Source: an uncultured Ktedonobacterales bacterium
GTDB lineage: Bacteria; Chloroflexota; Ktedonobacteria; Ktedonobacterales; JADMIN01
Length of the DNA: 37,234 nt
Assembly: GCA_964469715.1 (NCBI GenBank)
Contig: CAYYCB010000004.1
Span: forward strand, 1-37,234
Direction of reading: 5' to 3'
Made by a program: the position numbers and the translations under genes. The stretch's first letter is position 1, and every line of letters starts with the position of its first letter. Positions 1 to 7,976 of the stretch are shown here, piece by piece. The notes beneath the pieces are model-generated. The model ran no database searches. It saw only the letters and a program-made list of their open reading frames with translations, and was not told the DNA's origin.

Positions 1-143
1 TGCTGCGCTATGCGACCGATCTACGCTCGATCACGCAGGGCCGCGGCACATTTACCATGGAGCAGGCAGCTTATGAGGAGATGCCCGCTCATATCCAACA
101 GCAGGTGATCGAGGCGTACAAGAAGGCCAAGGAGGAGAAATAA
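1..143 (+). CDS. 3' end of an elongation factor G-family GTPase (last 46 codons; gene begins upstream of window)
   Basis: Frame 3 reads [46 protein letters not shown] with TAA at 141-143. The YATDLRS.TQGRG...Y...P pattern is the conserved EF-G C-terminal signature. Confidence 0.6.
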   Translation, partial: LRYATDLRSITQGRGTFTMEQAAYEEMPAHIQQQVIEAYKKAKEEK

Positions 144-207
144 CCACACTTCGCCGCCGATCTACATCATGCCTGCGCCAAGTATGGGACTTGGCGGGAA
201 TGGCTCG

Positions 208-216
208 TGCTATACT
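208..216 (+). promoter_or_regulatory. Extended -10 promoter element TGCTATACT
   Basis: TGcTATACT lies in the non-coding stretch after the EF-G stop and upstream of the GT9 gene. The same element recurs upstream of other operons in this window. Confidence 0.3.
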
Positions 217-466
217 CCACAGTTGAAGACAGACGCAATGCTGAGTGCAGCGAGTCCGACTCTGCGCGGGGCGACCTATATCTGGTACGTTGTTGATCGG
301 TGTGGCGGATAGTGTGAAACTCCTCGATAGCTACGACCAGCGGCCTCCATTCGCGACCAGACTTGCTGGTCGCCTGGGTTCCGTCACAAGAGATGGGGCC
401 AAAGGCATACTGCATTCCGCAGTCGGCGGCGCGGGTTTCCTCTTCCGTACACAGGCGACCGCATCT

Positions 467-1603
467 GTGGGGCCTGCACCGCGACGTATCCTCGTCATTC
501 GTCTCGATCTCATTGGCGACGTGGTGTTAACGCTCTCTGGAGTGCGGGCGCTGAGGCGAGCCTTCCCCGATGCAGAGATTGACATGCTGGTGCTTCACTC
601 GTCGGCCGGCATTGTTACGGGACAGCCTGAGGTCTCGCGCGTTCTCACATTCGATCCCTATCTGTGGAGGCGTCCCGGGGGGTTGTTCAGTCTGGCTTCG
701 TGGCGCGAGGCTTGGAGATTTCTCCACCTTCTCGGCGAGCGGCGCTACGATGTCGTCATCAGCATGTCGGGTGACATCGCCAGCGTCGTGGCGCGCCTAT
801 CAGGAGCCCCTCGCCGGATCGGCTATGCCGCCGAAGCGTACCCCTTCATGCTGACGCATCCGGTGCCGGGAGGGCGCTACCGTAAACCGCAGCACGAGAT
901 TCGCTATGTGCTCGATCTCGCTCATGCCGCTGGTGCGCCTATCGACAGCGATGATGAACAGGTGGCGCTTCGTGTGCTGCCCGATGCGGCTTCGACGGTC
1001 GAGCGCCTGCTAGACGACGGGCGGAGACGTTTGGTGCGCCGCGGGCCGGTCGTCACGCTGCATCCAGGCGCCCGCAATGGGCAGGCGAAGCGCTGGCCGC
1101 CAAAGCACCTTGCCGCCCTGGCTGACCGATTGGCTGAGGAGCAGGGCGCGCTTGTGGTGCTGACGGGAGGGCCCGGTGAAGCCCCAATAGCGGCTGAGGT
1201 GGTGGCGGCGGCCCGCTGCGATTTGCTCAACCTCTGTGGGAAAACGAGTCTTCCGGAATTGGCGGCGCTTTTGCGACAGAGCGACGTCGTGGTTTCCGGC
1301 GATAGCGGCCCCATGCATATCGCGTGTGCTGTGGGAGCGCGGGTTGTTGCGCTTCACGGGCCAACTGACCCCGGCCAGAGCGGCCCTACCTCGCCATCAG
1401 CCATTGTTGTGCGGCAGCCGCTTTGGTGTTCTCCCTGCTACGATTCGAGCAAGACCGCGGAATGTCGCTTTGGCAATCCCGTGTGCATGAAGGATCTCAC
1501 GCCCGACGTGGTGTTGATGGCGGTTCGGCGGCAGCTCGCCAGTGGCCAGGAACGTCACGATGGGCGGAGCCGTGCGCACCGCACGCTCGTAGAGCGCGTA
1601 TGA
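467..1603 (+). CDS. Glycosyltransferase family 9 (heptosyltransferase-like)
   Basis: RILVIRLDLIGDVVLTLSGVRALRRAFPDAEIDMLV is a typical GT9 N-terminus. Also LHPGARNGQAKRWP and the C-terminal GDSGPMHIACAVGARVVALHGPTD motif. The ORF is open from GTG 245; an in-frame GTG at 467 sits just before the conserved domain, so the start is uncertain. Confidence 0.75.
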   Translation: MGPAPRRILVIRLDLIGDVVLTLSGVRALRRAFPDAEIDMLVLHSSAGIVTGQPEVSRVLTFDPYLWRRPGGLFSLASWREAWRFLHLLGERRYDVVISMSGDIASVVARLSGAPRRIGYAAEAYPFMLTHPVPGGRYRKPQHEIRYVLDLAHAAGAPIDSDDEQVALRVLPDAASTVERLLDDGRRRLVRRGPVVTLHPGARNGQAKRWPPKHLAALADRLAEEQGALVVLTGGPGEAPIAAEVVAAARCDLLNLCGKTSLPELAALLRQSDVVVSGDSGPMHIACAVGARVVALHGPTDPGQSGPTSPSAIVVRQPLWCSPCYDSSKTAECRFGNPVCMKDLTPDVVLMAVRRQLASGQERHDGRSRAHRTLVERV

Positions 1604-1661
1604 GCAATCCTGCGCAACACCACTCGCCGCAACTGGGACACGAGGCCACGGGTAAGAGCTA

Positions 1662-2972
1662 CTATGACACGGTCGGCAAGGCTGCGATGGTTTGATCGTC
1701 AGGGACGTTCGAACGTCCCTCGCGACGAACTGGGCGACTGAAATTGCCGATCTCGACCTCCGGCAGCTCGCGATGGAGGGTTTCAAGGAACGCGCGCATA
1801 CCCATCGGCTTGCCTGCGGGTCGAGGCATGCGGGGCAATAAGACTTCGGGGTCGATATTGAGGTTGCGGACCTGAATGAGGCGGAGGCCTGTTTCGCGGG
1901 CGAACGTGATCAGGGCCGCCACCTCGTCTTCCGCGTCGATGATGCCTGGAAAACAGAGCAAGTTGATAGAGGTGTAGACGCCCGCGTCGCGTGCCAACTT
2001 GAGGGATTTCTTCACATCATCGAACGTGTAGCCAAGTGGCCGATAGTAGCTGCTGTAGGTCTCTTCACGGGCCGAAATCGTGCTGGCGCGCAGGCTGTCC
2101 AGCCCTGCGTCGTAGAGGCGCTGGAGGGATCGCGGGTTGCTTGCGTTCGTGTTGATGTTGATGGTGCCCTTGTGGGTGCGCTCTCGGATGGCGCGAATCG
2201 CGCGCTCGATGAGACGTGCCTGTAATAGCGGCTCGCCCTCGCATCCTTGCCCGAAGCTGATGATCGTGTCCGGCCCCGCCTCCAGGTGCGCTACGGCAAC
2301 ATCCACCACCTCGTCAATCTTGGGTACGAAGAGGAGGCGATCCTGCGGCGAGACCAGATTGTCTTCGTCTTGCTTGGAGATGCAGCCGATGCACCGGGCG
2401 TTACAGCCTGGCGAGACGGCGATTGCGCCCTCCCACCGACCGAAGAAGAGATTGCTGGCGGTCGGGCAATGATAATCCAATGCACAATGCGCGTGCTGGC
2501 GGAGAACGCGATTCTCTGGCTCCGAGGCGAGGCGCTCTTCCACAAGCGCTTGGAGATCGCGCTCGGGGTAGTTGTAGCCTATCCAGCGCTCGGAATCATC
2601 GGTCTGAATGCCGGCGACATAGATACGACCTTGCCAACCTGCGACGGCAGCGTAGCCGAAGAAGGGCAGCGCGTCGGAGGCCGGAGTCAACTCGTAAGCA
2701 GGCAGATGCGTGCGGGTATATCCGATTGGCAACAGCGCGGCGAGGGCCCAGCCACGTTGCTCGTCCACTGGCGTACGCTGCCCCAGGGCGTTATGTCCCA
2801 CGGCCAATCTGTTCGGCAGCATCGAAAGCGTAGCGCCCTCAGGCAACGGGACGAGTTGATCTCGTGTCAACGGGTTTCCGTCGAAATCTAGTGCGCGCAA
2901 GTGGCGCAGCTCTCCGACACTCCCGTCAACCGTGCTGTAGAGGACGTAAGGAAACGAGGTGGACCGAGTCAT
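1662..2972 (-). CDS. Radical SAM enzyme with an uncharacterised ~170 aa N-terminal domain
   Basis: CNARCIGC (CX3CX2C) cluster motif, GQGCEGEPLL SAM-binding motif and a TIM-barrel-like pattern (ININTNAS). No C-terminal Cys-rich SPASM region. The ATG overlaps the stop of the upstream ORF (ATGA at 2970-2974). Confidence 0.85.
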   Translation of the reverse strand: MTRSTSFPYVLYSTVDGSVGELRHLRALDFDGNPLTRDQLVPLPEGATLSMLPNRLAVGHNALGQRTPVDEQRGWALAALLPIGYTRTHLPAYELTPASDALPFFGYAAVAGWQGRIYVAGIQTDDSERWIGYNYPERDLQALVEERLASEPENRVLRQHAHCALDYHCPTASNLFFGRWEGAIAVSPGCNARCIGCISKQDEDNLVSPQDRLLFVPKIDEVVDVAVAHLEAGPDTIISFGQGCEGEPLLQARLIERAIRAIRERTHKGTININTNASNPRSLQRLYDAGLDSLRASTISAREETYSSYYRPLGYTFDDVKKSLKLARDAGVYTSINLLCFPGIIDAEDEVAALITFARETGLRLIQVRNLNIDPEVLLPRMPRPAGKPMGMRAFLETLHRELPEVEIGNFSRPVRREGRSNVPDDQTIAALPTVS

Positions 2973-3277
2973 CAGTAAGGCAGCTCCAGCTCAGGCAATG
3001 GTTGATCGAGAGGGCGCTCAGGGTCTAGGGCGTCGTCGTCTAGGGTACGCTCGAATACGTCCGGCACCGGCACCTCTGCGGCGCCGGCGGTTTCATGGTC
3101 GGCGTCTGTATCGGTCTCAAAGTAGATGACGGTCACGACGAGATGGGCGCCCCAGGCACTCTGCGTCACGAACTGGATCTGTCTTGATGGATTGCTCACC
3201 CACTCATCCACAGTCCGCTCGAACGTTGCGAGGTCGTCGCCGCATTCCGCGCTATTGAAGATCCTGGCCCGCTGCAT
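2972..3277 (-). CDS. Small hypothetical protein with a compact N-terminal domain and a highly acidic Pro-rich tail ending LPELELPY
   Basis: ATG at 3277 is preceded by GGAG (3284-3287) with a 6 nt spacer. The ORF is open up to GTG 3361, but that codon lies at the upstream edge of the promoter-like element. The stop overlaps the radical SAM start. Confidence 0.5.
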   Translation of the reverse strand: MQRARIFNSAECGDDLATFERTVDEWVSNPSRQIQFVTQSAWGAHLVVTVIYFETDTDADHETAGAAEVPVPDVFERTLDDDALDPERPLDQPLPELELPY

Positions 3278-3351
3278 TGGCATCTCCGCCGCGACAGTGT
3301 GAAGTGGGGCCGCCTCCGAGCATGTTATGGACCCACGACGGCATGGCAGGC

Positions 3352-3360
3352 ATGATACCA
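3352..3360 (-). promoter_or_regulatory. Extended -10 promoter element TGGTATCAT
   Basis: The minus strand reads TGgTATCAT, 17 nt downstream of the DUF3054-like stop and ~70 nt upstream of ATG 3277. Confidence 0.35.
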
Positions 3361-3376
3361 CACTGGCACTCGGGAG

Positions 3377-3841
3377 CTATTGACGGGCTCTCACACGCTG
3401 ACGCTCGACAAGCGAGAATGCGCTCCTCCAGATGCCAAGAAAGAGTGCGTTGAATGCGAGCACGATGATGGGGAACGGCATCGGGATGCTATGACGCGGA
3501 TCGACGGCAAGGCGTGCCAGCATCGCGACTGGCCAAGCGCAGAGCCAGGCGAGCTCGGTGCGTTGAAGCATCATACCAAGCGTCTTCGTCGCAGACAGAC
3601 GGAAGGCGCCGATGAGCGGCGCCACTACAAACCAGCCGAAGGCGAAGGGCAGCGCCGTACCCACGACCGCCCCTAGCGCACCGAGTCCGGACGCCTCATG
3701 ATGACTGCTGCGGCCGAGCGCTGAGAAGATGAGGAATGACGCTGCGTCGCCAACCACAAGGGCGACCGTACGCCATGGGACGCGGCGCCGGTTCGACTCC
3801 GCGATCCCGGCGCCACGGCGAAAAGGTCGTTGTTCTAACAT
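3377..3841 (-). CDS. DUF3054-like integral membrane protein
   Basis: Four hydrophobic segments and the GDAASFLIFSALGRSSHHE motif typical of DUF3054. The internal ATG (MLEQRP) at 3841 avoids overlap with the upstream gene; the ORF is open to 3937. Confidence 0.5.
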   Translation of the reverse strand: MLEQRPFRRGAGIAESNRRRVPWRTVALVVGDAASFLIFSALGRSSHHEASGLGALGAVVGTALPFAFGWFVVAPLIGAFRLSATKTLGMMLQRTELAWLCAWPVAMLARLAVDPRHSIPMPFPIIVLAFNALFLGIWRSAFSLVERQRVRARQ

Positions 3842-3849
3842 CGGATGCT

Positions 3850-4260
3850 TTACTTGATCCAGCCGGCAATGGCGACGATGACGGCGAGGTGGACGATCAT
3901 GGTGATGGGGAAAAGCCAGATGAAGACTTTCGCCCATTCGTCGTCGGTAAGCTGGCCGAAATGGGCGCGACGTGCCTCAGGCGTGCGCTCTGAGGCCACG
4001 AGACCGACGGCGACGCGTAAACGTAGGGGTGAGCGGACTGGCGAGTGGTCCACCTGCTGGTGAACCGCCGCGTCGCAGTCTTCGCAGAGCACCCATGATC
4101 TTCGCGGCTCTGGCACGTCACCGGTCTCCTCGACAAAGAACAATGTCTTGCCGAGCCGGCGGCGGCAGATGCCACAGATTGGGCGACCGTCCGCCGCCGA
4201 GTCGTCGCCCAATTCGAGCGGGGCCACTCGTGAGTGACCCAAGGCGGGCACGTCATCCAT
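3850..4260 (-). CDS. Hypothetical zinc-ribbon protein with a C-terminal transmembrane helix
   Basis: CGIC...17 aa...CEDC four-Cys pattern, then the hydrophobic FIWLFPITMIVHLAVIVAIAGWI. ATG at 4260; the longer ORF begins with TTG at 4311. Confidence 0.45.
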   Translation of the reverse strand: MDDVPALGHSRVAPLELGDDSAADGRPICGICRRRLGKTLFFVEETGDVPEPRRSWVLCEDCDAAVHQQVDHSPVRSPLRLRVAVGLVASERTPEARRAHFGQLTDDEWAKVFIWLFPITMIVHLAVIVAIAGWIK

Positions 4261-4323
4261 GCGCGACTGCCCCTTCCCAGTGCGATTCGGGGCCGCCAGG
4301 TATGCCGCCAACCCCGTCCAGTC

Positions 4324-4920
4324 CTATTGCAGGAAGTACAGGAGCGTTACTACGAAAATCCAGATAACGTCGACGAAGTGCCAATACATCTCACCGGCTG
4401 TGACGGCGAAATGTTTCTCCTTTGTGAAGTCTCCCCGCAGCGCGCGGAAGAAGTTCACGCAAAGGAAGAGCAGGCCAGCGGTGACGTGAGCACCATGGAA
4501 GCCCGTGATCGTATAAAACGTCGAACCGAAGGTGCCCGTGCTTGGACCGAAGCCGTTGTTGGCGTACTCGAAGACCTGAATCCCCAAGAACGCGGCCCCG
4601 AAGAGGATTGTCAAGCCGAGCCAGCGCCAGAGGCCGGCCTTATTGCCCTTCTCGATGGAGCGTGCCGCGAAGTGCATCCAGACGCTGCTGAGCAGCAGGA
4701 TCGCAAGGTTCACGCCGCCGAGGAGCTTGTCGACCTCGGCATGGGTGGCGTTGAAGTTGTCGCCAGCCCGCACACGCAGGTACAGGTACGAGGCGAACAG
4801 ATTGGCGAAGAATACAGCCTCAGACGCAATGAAGAAGACCATGCCATACCAGCCGAGACCTCGGGCGACTGGTTTGTGCTCCTCCTGCATCACGGGCTGA
4901 CGCACGGCGGTGCTGCTCAT
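4324..4920 (-). CDS. ctaE: Cytochrome c oxidase subunit III
   Basis: Five-helix short form, with the C-terminal signature EMYWHFVDVIWIFVVTLLY and the FHGAHV motif. Confidence 0.9.
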   Translation of the reverse strand: MSSTAVRQPVMQEEHKPVARGLGWYGMVFFIASEAVFFANLFASYLYLRVRAGDNFNATHAEVDKLLGGVNLAILLLSSVWMHFAARSIEKGNKAGLWRWLGLTILFGAAFLGIQVFEYANNGFGPSTGTFGSTFYTITGFHGAHVTAGLLFLCVNFFRALRGDFTKEKHFAVTAGEMYWHFVDVIWIFVVTLLYFLQ

Positions 4921-4991
4921 CGGGGACTACCTCTCCAGGATGACTACGGCAGTTAAGGCACAAAACGAGATGGATAGCCAGGAACTGGGGG

Positions 4992-5453
4992 TTAGATCGG
5001 TTCCAGACCCCAGCCGACCATGCTGATGAAGGAGCCGACGAGCCCGATCACGGTGACAATGAGCGTCACTTCGTAAAACAGCAGGCCACCGAAAGCGATT
5101 GCGGCCGAGAGCGCCAGGAAGAGCGGCCAGTAGCTCGGACCGGGCAAGTGGATGCCGCCGTGACCCTCCGCCGTCGCCGCCTCAATCGCCGGCTCACGTA
5201 CCAGCGCGGGTATAGCCTCTGGTCGCGTGATGACGCGGACGTTCGGCGTAAATCCGATTTCGCGCATCAAGCGGTTAGCTTCGTCCAGATCGCCGGCCTC
5301 ATTGCGGACGAGCAGTGACTTCACATTCTTGAAAACCCAGAACTGCTCGGAGTCGAGCGCCTTTGCCAGCGCGTCAAGCTCGCCTTCATGACGGATGAAG
5401 GTCGCGGTCGCCCCGCTTGGATGGGTGTACACGACCTCGTAGTTCTCGGCCAT
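4992..5453 (-). CDS. Oxidase subunit IV-like two-helix membrane hairpin fused to an unknown ~95 aa soluble N-terminal domain
   Basis: The C-terminus LPGPSYWPLFLALSAAIAFGGLLF...GWGLEP resembles small subunit IV / cox-cluster proteins. It lies between ccmD and ctaE. SD GGAGG is upstream of the ATG. Confidence 0.4.
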   Translation of the reverse strand: MAENYEVVYTHPSGATATFIRHEGELDALAKALDSEQFWVFKNVKSLLVRNEAGDLDEANRLMREIGFTPNVRVITRPEAIPALVREPAIEAATAEGHGGIHLPGPSYWPLFLALSAAIAFGGLLFYEVTLIVTVIGLVGSFISMVGWGLEPI

Positions 5454-5547
5454 TGCCGCCTCCTAGAACCCCTATGCGATGCCCAATGGCGATGGGCAGG
5501 AACAGCCATGCAGCATCGATTATTGTACCATTGCGCCCGCCGCCAGG

Positions 5548-5739
5548 CTAGACGGTTCCTCCGTGGATGTGCGCGCTCTGCGAAGCCTGTCGGTCGCGCT
5601 CGTCAACGAGCTCGCGCACCGCCTCGACGTCCGTGCGGATGCCGCGCAGTCGGAGGGCAATCCACCCAATATAGACGACCAGCGCAACCCAAAAGATCGC
5701 GTAGGCGGCCACAAGAAATGCCGTGTTCGTGCCTTGCAT
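5548..5739 (-). CDS. ccmD: CcmD-family haem exporter small subunit
   Basis: 63 aa with a single TM (FLVAAYAIFWVALVVYIGWIALRL) followed by a charged tail. It sits immediately after ccmC. Confidence 0.6.
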   Translation of the reverse strand: MQGTNTAFLVAAYAIFWVALVVYIGWIALRLRGIRTDVEAVRELVDERDRQASQSAHIHGGTV

Positions 5740-5753
5740 GGGAATCGGTCCTC

Positions 5754-6527
5754 TCAGTCGTCAAGCTCCACACGCGAGCGCAGGCGCGCCACCGTTGTCT
5801 GCTCGCGCTGCAAGCGATAGACCTGAATGAGCAGCAGCGCGTAGAGCAACGTGAAGGCAAGCACCGCGATCAACAACGTAACCACCACAGAAGCCGGGGC
5901 CTTTGGCGCCTGGCCGATAGGGATCTGCGGATCTGGGTGGAGTGTTCGCCACCAATAGATCGAGAGATAATTGATCGGCACCGCGATGAAGCCGACGATG
6001 CCTAGCACTGCTGCATTACGTGCGCCAGCCTCGGTTCTGCCGGTGTACGAGCGCAGCAACAGATAGCCGACGTAGATGAACCAGAGGACGAGGGTGGTCG
6101 TTAAACGCGCGTCCCATTGCCACCAGGTTCCCCAGTAGGCCTTGCCCCATATCGACCCCGTGATGAGGGCGAGCGTCGTGAATACGGTCCCAATCTCGGC
6201 GCTCGCATGCGCCACCCAGTCCCATCGCTCGTCGCGCCGCCATAGGTAAAGCGCGCCCGCGAGAAAGACCACGAAGAACGCCAGATACGCGATCCACGCG
6301 ATGGCGACGTGGAAATATTCGATGCGCTGGACATCACCCTGGAGCGCGTCCGTCGGCGCGTACAGGAACGCCATGATGGTGGACGCCAGGATCGCGAGAG
6401 CGGTCACCGCTGCCAGCCCGAGATCTCCATAGCGGCGTATCAGAGTGACCGCGACATTTCTCTGTTGTGTCTCACTGGCAGCTCCACTCGATGTGGAGGC
6501 GCCGGGCGACTGGCTCAACACTCGCAT
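5754..6527 (-). CDS. ccmC: Haem exporter / haem-handling protein CcmC
   Basis: WWD motif WGKAYWGTWWQWDARLT, with flanking conserved His residues (FHVAIAW, WWRTLHP). Confidence 0.9.
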   Translation of the reverse strand: MRVLSQSPGASTSSGAASETQQRNVAVTLIRRYGDLGLAAVTALAILASTIMAFLYAPTDALQGDVQRIEYFHVAIAWIAYLAFFVVFLAGALYLWRRDERWDWVAHASAEIGTVFTTLALITGSIWGKAYWGTWWQWDARLTTTLVLWFIYVGYLLLRSYTGRTEAGARNAAVLGIVGFIAVPINYLSIYWWRTLHPDPQIPIGQAPKAPASVVVTLLIAVLAFTLLYALLLIQVYRLQREQTTVARLRSRVELDD

Positions 6528-6534
6528 AAGCCCC

Positions 6535-7209
6535 TCATTCTTCGATGACGTACGGGAATAATACGGATGAGATACTGACGAAAATCACGTCGAAAGCCGC
6601 TAGCAAGCCGATCCAGGGTGTGTCTCCTACGGTGACGAGGATTCCTTGCGTGGCCTTGACAGCGCCGATGACCACCGGCACCACCAGCGGGAAGATCAGC
6701 AACGGGAGCAAGATCTCGCGCGCTCGGGTATTCGCCGCGACCGCTGAGAAGAGCGTCCCGACGGTGGAGATTCCGATCGTCCCAAGGATGACGATGGGAG
6801 CTACCCGCGGCGTAAGGACTGGAAGGTTGTAGATCGCCGCAAATATGGGGACCGCTACGATCTCTACGGCGGTGATGAACAGTAGATTCCCAGCGAGTTT
6901 CGCCAGGAAAATCGCCTTGCGGTCAACGGGACAGAGGAGCAATCGGTCCAACTGTCCATGTTCCTGCTCGGCTGTCATTGTGCGACCCAGACCCAGGACG
7001 CTGGCGAAGACGAAGGCGATCCACAACGCGCCGGGTGCGACAGCCGCTTTATTCTCCACTTGTAGGTCGAAGGCAAAGTTGAAGACGACGAGCACGAGCA
7101 GTGCGAACATGCCCATCGAAAGCCAGACCTGGCGGCCGCGGAGCTCGGAGCGGATGTCCTTGCTCAGCACGGCGAGCGTCTGATCCCAGAAGAGGTGTAC
7201 GCTGTTCAT
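6535..7209 (-). CDS. ccmB: Haem exporter membrane subunit CcmB
   Basis: Six-TM ABC-2-like permease of ~220 aa, placed between ccmA and ccmC. Confidence 0.8.
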   Translation of the reverse strand: MNSVHLFWDQTLAVLSKDIRSELRGRQVWLSMGMFALLVLVVFNFAFDLQVENKAAVAPGALWIAFVFASVLGLGRTMTAEQEHGQLDRLLLCPVDRKAIFLAKLAGNLLFITAVEIVAVPIFAAIYNLPVLTPRVAPIVILGTIGISTVGTLFSAVAANTRAREILLPLLIFPLVVPVVIGAVKATQGILVTVGDTPWIGLLAAFDVIFVSISSVLFPYVIEE

Positions 7210-7211
7210 CG

Positions 7212-7976
7212 CTAACGCCTCCCCTGCTGGAAGGTCTCGCGCGCCTGCGTGACCGTCACCTGATCTGTTTGACCCCTCAGAGCGATATGGCCGCGCACGA
7301 GCACCATGACTTGATGTGCCCAGGCGAATCCACGTTCGAGATGGTGAGTCGTGAAGATCGTGACTGCTGCCGTCTCTGCCCGCGTGTGTACGATCTCCTT
7401 CAGCAGTTCAAGCGCAGGCTCGTCGAGTCCCGTGTCGGGCTCGTCCAACAGCAAGAGATCTGGGTCATGGAGGATGCCGCGCGCAATCGCGAGTCGCTGG
7501 AGCTGGCCGCGTGAGAGATGGCTCGTCCGCTCGTCCGCTTTCGTGCGCAGGCCGATGCGCTCCAACAGTTTGGTCGCGCGCAGATTGCCGTCGCGGAGTC
7601 CATACATCCGGGCGAAGAACACTAGATTCTCTCGCGGAGTGAGATCGTCGTAGACGTGTGGCTGGTGGCCCACGTAACCGATGAGCGAGCGTACCATGTC
7701 GGCGTCGCGCACCCCATCCCATGTGCCGATCTGGATTGTGCCTGTTGTGGGTTTCGCTAGAGTTGCCAAAATGCGCAGCAGCGTTGTCTTGCCCGCGCCG
7801 TTCGGTCCCATGAGCGCCAGAATCGCTCCGGGCTGCAGGCCAAAGGAGATGTTGCTCAGGACGGGCCGATCTTCATAGACCTTGCGTAAACCAGTGACGG
7901 CGATTGCCGGAGGTGTGCTCTCGTTCTCGATGGCATCATCCAGCCGGCCCGACGTGTGCAACGGGGTGATGCTCAT
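7212..7976 (-). CDS. ccmA: Haem ABC exporter ATP-binding subunit CcmA
   Basis: Walker A GPNGAGKTT, signature LSRGQLQRL, Walker B LLLLDEP. Adjacent to ccmB. Confidence 0.85.
   Translation of the reverse strand: MSITPLHTSGRLDDAIENESTPPAIAVTGLRKVYEDRPVLSNISFGLQPGAILALMGPNGAGKTTLLRILATLAKPTTGTIQIGTWDGVRDADMVRSLIGYVGHQPHVYDDLTPRENLVFFARMYGLRDGNLRATKLLERIGLRTKADERTSHLSRGQLQRLAIARGILHDPDLLLLDEPDTGLDEPALELLKEIVHTRAETAAVTIFTTHHLERGFAWAHQVMVLVRGHIALRGQTDQVTVTQARETFQQGRR

Noticed and set aside
144-466. A ~320 nt gap before the conserved GT9 domain, considered as a riboswitch, tRNA or small RNA locus; it contains hairpin GCGACCAG-ACTTG-CTGGTCGC at 353-373
   Set aside because: There is no tRNA T-loop or anticodon architecture and no riboswitch core I recognise. 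The stretch is also an open reading frame continuous with the GT9 gene from GTG 245, so it may simply be leader or N-terminal coding sequence.
1662-3277. Classifying the radical SAM pair as a RiPP precursor plus SPASM maturase
   Set aside because: The enzyme has no C-terminal auxiliary-cluster Cys motifs. The 'precursor' is ~100 aa with an apparently folded domain and no Cys/Gly-rich core. It is kept only as an open substrate-or-partner hypothesis in the findings.
4234-4956. 240 aa plus-strand ORF covering the whole of ctaE on the opposite strand
   Set aside because: It is antisense to a gene with clear oxidase subunit III motifs and has an Arg/Gly/Glu-rich composition with no motifs. This is a typical shadow ORF of GC-rich DNA. 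The same applies to 17756-18637 (+), 2247-2891 (+), 20157-20807 (-), 5388-6005 (+), 27698-28213 (-) and similar track entries.
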